A stretch of 64,000 nt of DNA. Origin: an uncultured virus (IMG/VR IMGVR_UViG_2663763270_000002). Lineage: Duplodnaviria > Heunggongvirae > Uroviricota > Caudoviricetes. The translations under genes and the position numbers were made by a program. This document shows, one piece after another, positions 8,696 through 17,896 of this stretch. The stretch's first letter is position 1. Every line of letters begins with the position of its first letter. Below the pieces are notes generated by a model. That model had not been told where the DNA came from. It ran no database searches and worked only from the letters and a program-made list of their open reading frames with translations. The stretch lies in IMG/VR virus record IMGVR_UViG_2663763270_000002; one strand, 5' to 3'.

Positions 8696-10053
8696 CGGCG
8701 TACCTCCAGCTGCCTGTACGCCTGCACGGGGATGTCGTAGAGGTCGGCGGCTGCGGCGACGGGATCGGTGTGGTGGCCGGGCACGACCAGCCCGAACCGG
8801 TGGCGGGTGCCGTCACGCTCAGGTGACCCGTTGGTGCACAGCAGGATCCGGGCGGGCTCCTCGAACATGTCGGAGAGGGTGTCAGGCAGGTCGTAGAGTG
8901 CGAGCGTGTGCGGGGCATTGCCCGGATCGGGTACGGCGTCGCCTACTTGCCTCATGCCGGATGAGGCGATGAAGACATCCCAGCCCATGCGCTCGATCGC
9001 GCACCTGCGCACCTCGGCATTGGGCTCACGCAGGATCCGCGCGGTGTCCCATCCGGTCTCGATCAGGTCGGCGGGCACGCGGGTGCCGTGCCAGGCGTGC
9101 ACGGCGAATCCGTCCCGGTACAGCACGGCCGGTCCGGCCGCGCTGTGCAGGCGTCCGTCTTTGTCCCGGCTGATGACGGACGGGCGGTCGGTGAGGACGA
9201 CCGCATCGCGCATCGGCCACCACCAGCCTGCCGAGCGCTCGATCTCGACCAGTCCGTCCAGGCGTGAGACGTCGATCCCGAGCCGGCCGAGCGCGGCGTA
9301 GAAGGACAGCCAGCCGCATTCCCATCGGCCGAGCGCGCCGGTGCACCAGTCCTCCACCTGGGCCCACACCTGGTCCCCCACCTGGGCCCACACCTGGTCC
9401 CCCACCTGGTCCTCCACCTGGGCCCACACCTGGTCCTCCACCTGGGCCCACACCTGGTCCCCCACCTGGGCCCGCACCTGGTCCCCCACCTGGGCCCGCA
9501 CCTGGTCCCCCACCTGGGCCCGCACCTGGTCCCCCACCTGGGCCCGCACCTGGTCCCCCACCTGGGCCCACACCTGGTCCCCCACCTGGGCCCACACCTG
9601 GTCCCCCACCTGGTCCTCCACCTGGGCCCACACCTGGTCCCCCACCTGGGCCCACACCTGGTCCCCCACCTGGGCCCACACCTGGTCCCCCACCTGGTCC
9701 CCCACCTGGGCCCACACCTGGTCCCCCACCTGGGCCCACACCTGGTCCCCCACCTGGGCCCACACCTGGGCCCACACCTGGGCCTGCACCTGGGCCCGCA
9801 CCTGGGCCTGCACGCGGGCCGAGGTGCGCGGGGGGGTGCGGACGATGGCCTGGCCGATCGCACCGGCAAGGGGGGAGTCGAGCCAGATCACCAGCCGGGG
9901 CGGCTCCAGACCGGCCGCCGCGTACGCTTTGCGGACCCCGGCCTCAGCAGCAGCGCGGTCGGCAGGCTCGGTAGACAACCCTGCCCGAATCCACTCGTCG
10001 CGGATCACAGGCAGCATTGCGGCCTGCTCGTCGGTCAGCTGATCGATGCGCAT
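8692..10053 (-). CDS. DUF6745-domain protein with a VxxQ tetrapeptide repeat
   Basis: STEPADRAAAE..WLDSP; GWWWP..DRP..GRLH..GPA..YRDG..WHG; EPNAEVRR; SPERDG. Confidence 0.8.
   Translation of the reverse strand: MRIDQLTDEQAAMLPVIRDEWIRAGLSTEPADRAAAEAGVRKAYAAAGLEPPRLVIWLDSPLAGAIGQAIVRTPPRTSARVQAQVRAQVQAQVWAQVWAQVGDQVWAQVGDQVWAQVGDQVGDQVWAQVGDQVWAQVGDQVWAQVEDQVGDQVWAQVGDQVWAQVGDQVRAQVGDQVRAQVGDQVRAQVGDQVRAQVGDQVWAQVEDQVWAQVEDQVGDQVWAQVGDQVWAQVEDWCTGALGRWECGWLSFYAALGRLGIDVSRLDGLVEIERSAGWWWPMRDAVVLTDRPSVISRDKDGRLHSAAGPAVLYRDGFAVHAWHGTRVPADLIETGWDTARILREPNAEVRRCAIERMGWDVFIASSGMRQVGDAVPDPGNAPHTLALYDLPDTLSDMFEEPARILLCTNGSPERDGTRHRFGLVVPGHHTDPVAAAADLYDIPVQAYRQLEVRR
9355..9813. repeat. 12-bp tandem repeat, ~38 units with invariant CAGGTG (coding strand)
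   Basis: Units encode VWAQ, VGDQ, VRAQ, VEDQ, VQAQ. Confidence 0.97.
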
Positions 10054-10460
10054 CAGTCAGCCACCATCCGCCACTCGTCGGCCAGCTCCCGCTGACGCCG
10101 CACCTGATACGTGCCGGGCAGGATCTCCAGTCCGCCGTGCTCCTGATGGATCAGCACCGCCGTGCTGCCCTCCGGCACAGTGAGCAGTCCGAGCAGCACA
10201 TCCCCGGCCCCGGCCGGGGTGTGGGGGGTGTAGAAGCAGGGGCCGGACGGATGCAGGGTGTGGGTGTGGCTGCTGGCCTCCGATGCCACGACCACGACAC
10301 GAGAGGGCATCACGGTGCGGGCCGGGGCGAGCGTGACACGCAGGATCAGCACATCGCCCTGCGCGGCGGCACGGGACACGCGCGGGATCTCGGCGGTGTG
10401 GTCGAGCCAGTCGTGGACGGTGACGCCGGTGAAGGCGACGGCGTCGGCGAGAGTCTGCAT
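10053..10460 (-). CDS. His-rich partner of the DUF6745 protein
   Basis: QGDV..HTH..HQEHGG..GTYQVRRQRE; RBS AAGGA upstream. Confidence 0.7.
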   Translation of the reverse strand: MQTLADAVAFTGVTVHDWLDHTAEIPRVSRAAAQGDVLILRVTLAPARTVMPSRVVVVASEASSHTHTLHPSGPCFYTPHTPAGAGDVLLGLLTVPEGSTAVLIHQEHGGLEILPGTYQVRRQRELADEWRMVAD

Positions 10461-10527
10461 GAGGTGAATTTCCTTTCGTAGGGCAGCGGGCGGGTAGTAG
10501 CCGGACATGGTCAGTGCGGGTATCTGG

Positions 10528-11082
10528 TCAGGCATCAGCCGCCTCCTGCTCGGGCGTCCACAGGACGATGACCTGCACGCGCTGGCGTGCGGCGTGCTGG
10601 AGAAGCCACACGCTGTGGGTGCGCGGGTGGATGCCTGGCGTGAGCCAAACGCCGTAGCCGACGTGCTGATAGATGACGCTCCCAGCGCGAATGACCGCGA
10701 AGGGCGGCAGCCCGTCCAGCTCGGCGAGGTCGGTGATGACGCGCGGCTGCTGCTGCGTCTCCAGCTCGGCGAGGCGGGCGCGCAGGGCGTCCCGCTCATC
10801 CAGGGTCGCGCTGAACCTGCGCACCGTCGATGCCACGCCCTCGACCAGGCGGGCGCGCTCGGCCTCCAGCTCGGCGATCCGTTCCAGCGCGGCCTCGTGG
10901 CTGCGGGCCAGCGAGCTGGCCATGTCGATCAGGTTGATCAGCCCGCCGTCCGGCTCGTCGGTGTAGGCGCGCAGACGGTCGGTCAGCTCGTCCGGGTAGC
11001 CGGCGGCCTCGTAGTGCTGGAGCGTGGCCTCACGCAGGGCCTCCAGCTCCTCGGCGGTCAGTCGCGGCGTCCGCTCAGGCAT
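10528..11082 (-). CDS. Coiled-coil modular protein of the Ead-like array
   Basis: AELETQQQPR and VIVLWTPEQE shared with 7290..8222. Confidence 0.65.
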   Translation of the reverse strand: MPERTPRLTAEELEALREATLQHYEAAGYPDELTDRLRAYTDEPDGGLINLIDMASSLARSHEAALERIAELEAERARLVEGVASTVRRFSATLDERDALRARLAELETQQQPRVITDLAELDGLPPFAVIRAGSVIYQHVGYGVWLTPGIHPRTHSVWLLQHAARQRVQVIVLWTPEQEAADA

Positions 11083-11764
11083 CGGCCTGCCCTTCCTCGG
11101 TGGGAGCCCACAGGACGGTGTCGGGGTTGATCTTGCGCGTGGCGAGGGCGCGCGCCATCTCCGGCAGGCACTCCCACCGGGTCTCTTCTTCCGCTCCCAG
11201 CTCGGCCGCGATGCTGGCGAGGATCGCGTAGGCGGCGCTGCGCTGCGTGCGCAGTGGCCCAAGCTCGCCCTCCAGCTCGGCGACGCGCTTCTCCAGCTCG
11301 GCGAATCGGGCGCGCCCAGCAAGCACGGACCCAGCGACGACGGCGTTCGCGATGGCGGGTTCCATGCCTGCGCGCATGGCCGTGTCGAGCTGGTCGACCA
11401 GGCTGGCGCGGTCGGCCGCCGACAGCTTGTCCCGCCACGCGTCGGTCGTGACGATGTGCTCTACGGAGGCGCGGGCACGGTCGAACGCGAAGCTGTAAAC
11501 GCCGCCGCCCAGGGACGCGGCGGTCGCGGCGGCGCGTTCGCTCTCCATCTCCGCGATCCGGGCGCGGGCGGCCACCAGCTCCTGCGCCATCGCCGCGACT
11601 TCCGACTCGGCTGCGGCGTGGGGGTCGACGGCGAACACCGCCAGGTGTTCACGGGACAGCTCGGCACGCGGGGTCGGGGTGGTGCAGCAGGGGAAGTCGC
11701 CGCCGGGCGGGCTGGTGGGGGTGGTCAACGTGGGCTCCTCGAACGAGAGGGTAAGGGAACCCAC
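11075..11764 (-). CDS. Coiled-coil hypothetical protein
   Basis: AELE repeats; ends VLWAPTEEG. Confidence 0.6.
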   Translation of the reverse strand: MGSLTLSFEEPTLTTPTSPPGGDFPCCTTPTPRAELSREHLAVFAVDPHAAAESEVAAMAQELVAARARIAEMESERAAATAASLGGGVYSFAFDRARASVEHIVTTDAWRDKLSAADRASLVDQLDTAMRAGMEPAIANAVVAGSVLAGRARFAELEKRVAELEGELGPLRTQRSAAYAILASIAAELGAEEETRWECLPEMARALATRKINPDTVLWAPTEEGQADA

Positions 11765-11812
11765 CGATACTAGCTTTCACCACACACTCACGTCTACAAC
11801 CAATACTACGCA

Positions 11813-12148
11813 CTACTGTGCGCGGACGGAGATGGCGCATTCCCATTCGCTGCCCGTGTGCACCCAATGAGCAGTGACGGCCGGCGGAGTGCAGAACGCT
11901 TCGCAGGCCGCACCGCGCAGCACACTCATATCGGCTTCACTGATGCCGCGATGCGGCCAAATGTGGATCGCCTCATCCCGCACGGACAGGTGACCGATCT
12001 GGCGCCACCACTGCCAGCCGTGATCGATCCAGATGCTTGGGTGCCCGTCAGCTGGGTGGGTGGTGATGCCGAAGGCGTTGAGGATGCCGGTTGCGGTCGC
12101 GGCGACTTGTCGGCAGTCGAATTCCTGGTAGTCGGGTCGCGTGTGCAC
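11813..12148 (-). CDS. Hypothetical protein downstream of a LexA box; paralog of 28951..29328
   Basis: HPAD..WI..W..IG..WP..S..D..WECAIS. Confidence 0.65.
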   Translation of the reverse strand: MHTRPDYQEFDCRQVAATATGILNAFGITTHPADGHPSIWIDHGWQWWRQIGHLSVRDEAIHIWPHRGISEADMSVLRGAACEAFCTPPAVTAHWVHTGSEWECAISVRAQ

Positions 12149-12181
12149 CGGTGCCCCCTTTGCCTTTCCTTCAAACCATGA

Positions 12182-12197
12182 TCGAACGCGTGTTCGA
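12182..12197. promoter_or_regulatory. LexA (SOS) box
   Basis: TCGAACGCGTGTTCGA, perfect consensus. Confidence 0.85.
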
Positions 12198-12299
12198 ATA
12201 CTAGCGCGGGTTTGCTGTCACGTCACGCACCAGCCACCACCCCGACACCAGACCGTGACTCATCGAACAAACACTACCGAATCGTGTCACAACACACCC

Positions 12300-12352
12300 A
12301 AACGAAAAAGCGGGCGCCCCACCCACCAGCAACGCTGGAAGATGGGACGCCC
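12300..12352 (-). terminator. Intrinsic terminator ending the late operon
   Basis: GGGCGTCCC..CCAGC-GTT-GCTGG..GGGGCGCCC followed by GCTTTTTCGTTT. Confidence 0.75.
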
Positions 12353-12358
12353 AAAGCA

Positions 12359-13267
12359 TCACGTGACACGCACGTAACTGTTCGTGTTCGTCTGCGCCGT
12401 CGGCCGCGACGTCGTGTTACCGCCGTCAGCCTCCAGCCGGATCAGATCACCGGCAGTCACCGACACGCCAGTCGCGGTCACCGTCGCGGTCGCGCTGCCA
12501 TTCCCTGGGACCGACACAGGGTCGCCGGTGGCGAGGATCGCGCCGGTGGTCTGGTTCTTCAACCGCATCGTCACATTGCGGGCGAAAGCACCTGACGCCG
12601 TCCACACGACCGACGCCGACACCGTCTTACCCGTACCCGTCGACTGCACCACCAGGTCACTGCCCGAGACCGACGAGCCGGGATAGTTCGTCGTGTCAGC
12701 CACCCAGCCGGTCACCGGGACGAACCCGCTCGTCAGGCCGGAGAAGGTGCCCGACTTCGTCATCGACGACGGGTTGAAGATCGACGCCACCGCCGACAAT
12801 GTGCCCGCACCGCTGAACCCAGCCGTTGCGGTCGGAGTGACCGAGGCACCCAGCGCAGCGACCGCGGTGAAACCGGCACTGGCCGATGCGACACCGAGGG
12901 CTGCCAGTATCCCAGCCGCCGTAAACTGCGCGACCGCGTGCGGGACCGCCGACGCCGACAGTGCACCCACCGCCTCGAACAAGGCGTCCGCCTCATTCGT
13001 CGGCACCACAAACGTGCCCTCAGCAGTAAACCCAGCCCCAGCCACGGCCGCAGCCAACGCTTGCAAGGTCGCCTCTCCCCCGAAGGCAGCCACAGTGTGC
13101 GGGACCGCCGACACCGTCAAAACGCCCTCAGCGTTGAACGGAACTATCGGCGGAGGCTCGTACAACACGCCCTTCGGCAGGCGCGTCCAGGTGCCGGCGG
13201 GGAGGGCGCCGCTGCTGTTCGACCTCCCCGGCAGGGCGGCGCGCCTGCGTGAATGTGCGGGAAGCAT
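12359..13267 (-). CDS. Minor tail protein
   Basis: Ala/Gly/Thr-rich; C-terminal GWVADTTNYPGS beta domain. Confidence 0.75.
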   Translation of the reverse strand: MLPAHSRRRAALPGRSNSSGALPAGTWTRLPKGVLYEPPPIVPFNAEGVLTVSAVPHTVAAFGGEATLQALAAAVAGAGFTAEGTFVVPTNEADALFEAVGALSASAVPHAVAQFTAAGILAALGVASASAGFTAVAALGASVTPTATAGFSGAGTLSAVASIFNPSSMTKSGTFSGLTSGFVPVTGWVADTTNYPGSSVSGSDLVVQSTGTGKTVSASVVWTASGAFARNVTMRLKNQTTGAILATGDPVSVPGNGSATATVTATGVSVTAGDLIRLEADGGNTTSRPTAQTNTNSYVRVT

Positions 13268-13274
13268 CCGCCGC

Positions 13275-13628
13275 TCAGCTCAGCGCGAAGCTGGGCGTGA
13301 CCTTGATGGTGCCAGCGGAGCCGATGGTGATGCTGGGGGTCAGGGCACACTTGTCGAAGAAGGTGCCCGCGCTCGACGCCGACCACAGCCCTGCATGCGT
13401 GTACGTGCCAGCCGGGGCCGTGAATGTCAACTCCGACATCGACAGAGCGCCACCGGACCCGGAAGTCCACGTGCCCTGGACCCGGACATACCCGCCGCCC
13501 GTCGCCTCACTCGCACCAGTCGTGCCAGGGTCGGCAGTATGCAGCGACACCCACACCTGGGCGGTACCGGACAGATTCTTGTACGCGTCGGCGAGCACTT
13601 GCCGGGTCGCGGCAACAGCAATTGCCAT
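13275..13628 (-). CDS. Minor tail / tail fibre protein
   Basis: VSLHTADPGTTGASEATGGGYVR motif typical of actinophage minor tails. Confidence 0.8.
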   Translation of the reverse strand: MAIAVAATRQVLADAYKNLSGTAQVWVSLHTADPGTTGASEATGGGYVRVQGTWTSGSGGALSMSELTFTAPAGTYTHAGLWSASSAGTFFDKCALTPSITIGSAGTIKVTPSFALS

Positions 13629-13678
13629 TGGTTCACCTCGATCAACCCGAACCGACGTCGGGTAAGAGAGTCAGGAAG

Positions 13679-13987
13679 TCAGTAGCGGACGATCGGCCCG
13701 CGGTACCAGCAGAAATCCGCGCCGTCGGAGTAATGGACGTAAATGCGGTACGTTGCTGGCAAATTGATGGTGTCGGCGGACTCGGATGCGACATCCCAGC
13801 TGATGCTGTTGGAGACGACCGTTGCGGGCCATTCAGTGACCACGTCGCCCGCCATGTCGTAGATGACGATTTTGCAGGTGGTGCCTGCGGGCACGGTTTC
13901 GCCTGCGGGCATGAGGATTTCGTGAATGAAGTCCTGGCCGTTGACGAGGACGAGACTGTCCACGAGCGGCTGGTGTCCGATTGTCAT
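13679..13987 (-). CDS. Minor tail protein (LtfC-like beta domain)
   Basis: LVLVNGQDF..WPATV..WYRGPIVR. Confidence 0.65.
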   Translation of the reverse strand: MTIGHQPLVDSLVLVNGQDFIHEILMPAGETVPAGTTCKIVIYDMAGDVVTEWPATVVSNSISWDVASESADTINLPATYRIYVHYSDGADFCWYRGPIVRY

Positions 13988-14018
13988 TTCGTGTCCCCTC
14001 GCAGGGAATATCCACCCG

Positions 14019-14462
14019 CTACGTGGGAAGCGGCGGGGTGGTGTCGATGTAGGGGCCGCGCCACTCGGGGTCGTCCTTCATAAGTGCGACCGTGAGATCG
14101 TCGAGAAAACACCCATACTGGGCCGAGGATTTGAAAAGGCGGGTGTACAGCGCACTGCTTCGACCGTCTGGCATCAGCTCCATTTGGGCCTTCAATGCCT
14201 CTTGTATCTCGACGAACCAGCGCACGGCTCCGGTGCTCGTCGCCTCACTCATGGGTGCAGGCGGATCATCGAACCACATCGCTTGAGGATCGAACTCAGG
14301 GTCGTCGGTTTTTATCGCATGCCAAAGAGCCGGAACCAGCTTGTTGTGGATGTACTTTATGTCGTCCGGCTGTTCGTCCATTCCGATATGCCGGCGCTGA
14401 CCGAATCCATCCATCACCACGCCGTAAAAGAAGTTCTTAACGTGCTGGAGCTTGTCGGCCAT
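14019..14462 (-). CDS. Hypothetical protein
   Basis: ATG at 14462 with GGAGG RBS overlapping the upstream stop. Confidence 0.6.
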   Translation of the reverse strand: MADKLQHVKNFFYGVVMDGFGQRRHIGMDEQPDDIKYIHNKLVPALWHAIKTDDPEFDPQAMWFDDPPAPMSEATSTGAVRWFVEIQEALKAQMELMPDGRSSALYTRLFKSSAQYGCFLDDLTVALMKDDPEWRGPYIDTTPPLPT

Positions 14463-15319
14463 TACACCTCCCGAAGATAGAAGAACGGCAACTTCGTTGA
14501 CGAATCCCAGTGCTGATTGGCGGCGGTGATTGTCTGTGGCAGCGCGGACAGTGGCGACGGTCCGGCGTAGCAGTAAGGTCTGCGCGGGTATTTCGTACCC
14601 TCGAACCGGTTCAGGTCGGTGATTCGCACACACATCAGCGACGCCGCAGTCTGGATTGAGCTGGTGTCCTGGAGCAGGGCGACCGCGAAAACCTGATCTT
14701 GCTCGGCTTCTATCGTCAGCCCCATGTCGAACCGGGTCTCGGTGTTGATGTCCGTCACGAGGCTCTTGATGTTCGTGGCCGCCAGCGTCGGTGTCAGAAG
14801 CGTCAGCAGACCCGTCTCGGTGTCGACCGAGTAGACGCCCAAATAGGCGGCGTTGATTCCGAAGAACGTTTGCGCGTCGCCGGTCATGAATCCGACGTAA
14901 CGGAGATCGGCATCGCGCTGCACTCGAATAAACCCAATTTCTGCCCAATCCGCATTGTTTCCCGCAGGCTGATAGTCAGGAATTCGGTTCAGATTGTGAG
15001 AATGGGAACTGTCGCCCGATCCGCCCGATGCTGTGCCCGACGCCGTGCCGTGGATCAGTTGCGTGCGCGGCACGGTCGCGTGCTCGCGCGGGTCCATCGT
15101 CGTCCACAGCGCGGAGTTGACCGGCGTTTGCGTGAACTTCGGGCGCTCCGAAATCGGGGTCAGCACTTCCGATTTGTGATCCCCCTGCGCCTTCGTGAAC
15201 GACAATTTCGCGCCAGCCTTCAACGAAGCCTGAACATCCTCGGGCGTCGCGGTCTGCAACGCCCGGAAAGCACCCAACTCGATACTGCCGTCAGGTGTCG
15301 GCTGATTGGGGGCAGTCAC
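14462..15319 (-). CDS. Minor tail protein
   Basis: MTAPNQPTPDG start typical of actinophage minor tails; position in tail module. Confidence 0.75.
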   Translation of the reverse strand: MTAPNQPTPDGSIELGAFRALQTATPEDVQASLKAGAKLSFTKAQGDHKSEVLTPISERPKFTQTPVNSALWTTMDPREHATVPRTQLIHGTASGTASGGSGDSSHSHNLNRIPDYQPAGNNADWAEIGFIRVQRDADLRYVGFMTGDAQTFFGINAAYLGVYSVDTETGLLTLLTPTLAATNIKSLVTDINTETRFDMGLTIEAEQDQVFAVALLQDTSSIQTAASLMCVRITDLNRFEGTKYPRRPYCYAGPSPLSALPQTITAANQHWDSSTKLPFFYLREV

Positions 15320-15344
15320 AAGCGATCACCCCCTACAAAACGGG

Positions 15345-15710
15345 TCATATGTCGTTTGAAAATTCCGGCGGAATCGGTGGAGGCTCCGGGCTCGGCACAT
15401 GTGTGCGAATAAACGCCAGCAGATCCTTCACATACGCAGTCAGAGCATCGATGCGGCGGACATCGCGCAGATGCTGCTTGGTGTCCTCGACATGCTGATC
15501 TTCGAGAGCGTCGATCCGAGCGACATCCTCCACATGCTGGTCCTCCAGATGTTTCACCCGAACAAGCAGATCGGTCACCTGACGCATCAGCAGATCGGAC
15601 GTCGCCTGAAAATCAGCGCGCTGGGAGTCCAGCGAGCGTGCCCGTGGGGAGATGTACCCCACGAGCATGCCGACGCCTCCAGAGATAGCCGGGATGAGCA
15701 CATCCCACAT
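15345..15710 (-). CDS. Lysis-cassette membrane protein
   Basis: N-terminal TM, coiled coil, Pro-rich tail. Confidence 0.7.
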   Translation of the reverse strand: MWDVLIPAISGGVGMLVGYISPRARSLDSQRADFQATSDLLMRQVTDLLVRVKHLEDQHVEDVARIDALEDQHVEDTKQHLRDVRRIDALTAYVKDLLAFIRTHVPSPEPPPIPPEFSNDI

Positions 15711-15716
15711 CGCGGG

Positions 15717-16058
15717 TCAGCCGATGCTAGGGGTCTTGGCCGCAGCCACACCCAAACCGAGCGCAGCAGACACAACAGCCACGACCGCCGACGCCTGCGC
15801 ATCGGTGGCGACGCTGTAAGCGACCAGCAACGGCTGCGCCGCACCCAGCAGGGTGTACAGCCACGTGCGCCAGGTGGCGGTCGAATTCGCGCCGGCGACG
15901 GTGAATCCGACCAGCGCGGCGACAGCGCCACCCCACAGGGCGGCGTCGGCGTCGTTGAGCAGACCCAGCGTGACAAGCAGAACCTGAACCGAGCCGAGGG
16001 TGGCGTAGATGCGGCCACGCACGTCAGCGGTCAGGTCACGGATACGGTCGAAAGACAT
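15717..16058 (-). CDS. Holin
   Basis: Four TM segments (internal duplication), follows the lysin. Confidence 0.8.
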   Translation of the reverse strand: MSFDRIRDLTADVRGRIYATLGSVQVLLVTLGLLNDADAALWGGAVAALVGFTVAGANSTATWRTWLYTLLGAAQPLLVAYSVATDAQASAVVAVVSAALGLGVAAAKTPSIG

Positions 16059-16089
16059 GGGGTACCTCGAATCGTTGAGGGAGGCTGGA

Positions 16090-17160
16090 TTAGGCGGCGT
16101 CCGCTACGGGGGTGTCGGGGCCGTCGCCGTGCAGCAGGCCAAGGGTCTGCTTGGGGGTGAAGTAGATGCGGCCGCGCTCGAAATCCTGGTAGCTGCCGGT
16201 GTCGAATGGGATCTCGTCCGAGGTCGGCCAACCGTAGGGGCCGTTCTCGAATCCGCTGCGGTTCCAGCGGTTGCGGATCTCGCCGTGCACCCAGTAGCCG
16301 GGCTGCCCGTAGCGGCGATAGAGGGCGCCGTTCTCGAACCCTTGCACGTCGCCCCAGGGGGCGCCGTCAGGGCCGGTGAGCACAGTGTGGTCACCGATCG
16401 GGTAGCCGACCGGCCCGGCCTCCCAGCCGCGTTCGGCCCACGCCTCGAAGATCGCGGCCGGGACGGCGTGCGCTCCGGTGCGCGGGTGCCAGTAGATATG
16501 CCCGTTCTCGAACTCGGCAAATCGGCCCTCGCCGTCAGGGGTAACGTTCTCCCCCACGGTCTTTCGGGCGCCGATCCACGCCTTCGCGCGCTCGGCTTCC
16601 TGGTCGATCATGTTCACCGGTGGCAGCGCGGGTGCGCCGGTCGCGTACTCGCGGACGTAAGCGGCGAAGACGTCCCAGGGGAAGTTCCAGCCGACATCGG
16701 TGTGGTCCCCGATGCCAAGCTCGCGGGTGACGTACTTGTGGTCGGAGATGCCTTCGCCGCGGTAGTAGTCCGGGACGATGACGTCGGTGGAGAAGCCGTA
16801 CTTGCGGGCGTCCTGGACCGCCAGCCATGCCGCGATCCGCAGGTCATGGTCGCGCTGAAGCCACTGCTCCCGCGACCATGCCGCGCGAGAGCCGGCAAAG
16901 CACAAGTTGATGGTGAAGGCATTGGCGTCCAGTACCGACCAGCTCGCGTAGTCGGTGTCGACGACGTCGACGACGATGCCGTCCCGCAGCGTGTAGTGGT
17001 AGCTCACGCCGGCCGCGGGATTGTTCAGATAGGCGGCCAGGGATTCGGCCGTGCCGTTGCCCTCCTGAGTGTGGATCAGGAAGTTGATGACGCGGGCGCC
17101 CCAGCGTTTGGAGCGGGAGTTGCCCATGCGGGCGATTTCGGTGTACTGCGGGGCTGCCAT
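16090..17160 (-). CDS. Lysin A: amidase_2 plus LGFP repeats
   Basis: IHTQEG, SYHY, HTDVG; C-terminal FENG.IYW / GYP..E repeats. Confidence 0.92.
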   Translation of the reverse strand: MAAPQYTEIARMGNSRSKRWGARVINFLIHTQEGNGTAESLAAYLNNPAAGVSYHYTLRDGIVVDVVDTDYASWSVLDANAFTINLCFAGSRAAWSREQWLQRDHDLRIAAWLAVQDARKYGFSTDVIVPDYYRGEGISDHKYVTRELGIGDHTDVGWNFPWDVFAAYVREYATGAPALPPVNMIDQEAERAKAWIGARKTVGENVTPDGEGRFAEFENGHIYWHPRTGAHAVPAAIFEAWAERGWEAGPVGYPIGDHTVLTGPDGAPWGDVQGFENGALYRRYGQPGYWVHGEIRNRWNRSGFENGPYGWPTSDEIPFDTGSYQDFERGRIYFTPKQTLGLLHGDGPDTPVADAA

Positions 17161-17870
17161 CAGACGCCCACCTCCGGGTACTTGGAAAGAATGGATTTGC
17201 GGGGCTTCTTGGACAGGTGCCGCTCGACCATGAGCACCCGCTCGCGCTCTGCGTCGTCGACGGTTTCCAGGTACTCCAGAACCTCGTCGACGGTGTGCGC
17301 GCACGGATTCCAGCCAGGATCGCGAACCGGCACATTGGTCACGTATGCGCCGTCACTGGTCACCGGGCCGGTCTTCGGGCCGCGCGGCCCCTCCCCCGTC
17401 ACGCTGTCGACGAGCTGCTCATTCGACGGGACAACGTCCGGACCGAAGCCGAGCGCCTCGGCCAGCTGACGGCGGGTGTCCTGCGGCAGCGATGCGACGA
17501 ACTCTTTCAAGTCGAGTGCCGACCGGTCAGGGGCGTCGATCGGCTCCCACACACCCGGCGACACCAGCCAGTGCGGGTCCGTGTTCCGCGGCTTCTGGTA
17601 CTTGATCTTGCGTTCGGGCGGAACGGTTGAATCCATCGGCCTGGCACCGCAGTCCCAGAGGCGTCGTGAGACCTCTCTCAGGTACTCGACTGGGAACGGC
17701 AGCGGCGCGCCCTTCATTCCGGGCAGTCCACTGAACATCCAGAGAAACGCTTCTTCAGGGCAGTTGTGGTTTACCAGGTGGTGTTCAGGAAACTCGCCCG
17801 GCTTAAGGTGCGGCGACTGGTCGATTTCAGCTTCAGCTTCAGCTTCGATAGGATTCTTGGATTTACCCAT
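17160..17870 (-). CDS. Phage gp29-like (DUF2744) protein
   Basis: PEEAFLWMF..VSRRLWDCGAR..IKYQKP; standard position before the lysin. Confidence 0.75.
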   Translation of the reverse strand: MGKSKNPIEAEAEAEIDQSPHLKPGEFPEHHLVNHNCPEEAFLWMFSGLPGMKGAPLPFPVEYLREVSRRLWDCGARPMDSTVPPERKIKYQKPRNTDPHWLVSPGVWEPIDAPDRSALDLKEFVASLPQDTRRQLAEALGFGPDVVPSNEQLVDSVTGEGPRGPKTGPVTSDGAYVTNVPVRDPGWNPCAHTVDEVLEYLETVDDAERERVLMVERHLSKKPRKSILSKYPEVGV

Positions 17871-17896
17871 TTGCGATTGCCCCGTATAATTGTCTC

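Noticed and set aside
9355..9813. CRISPR array or DGR
   Set aside because: Contiguous 12-bp coding units with no unique spacers; no cas or reverse transcriptase gene in the window
9026..10042. Gly/Pro-, Arg/Cys- and Trp/Thr-repeat ORFs in other frames
   Set aside because: Shadow translations of the VNTR; only 8692..10053 has conserved flanking domains
12262..12280. Third LexA box
   Set aside because: Only the TCGAAC half-site; the right half does not match
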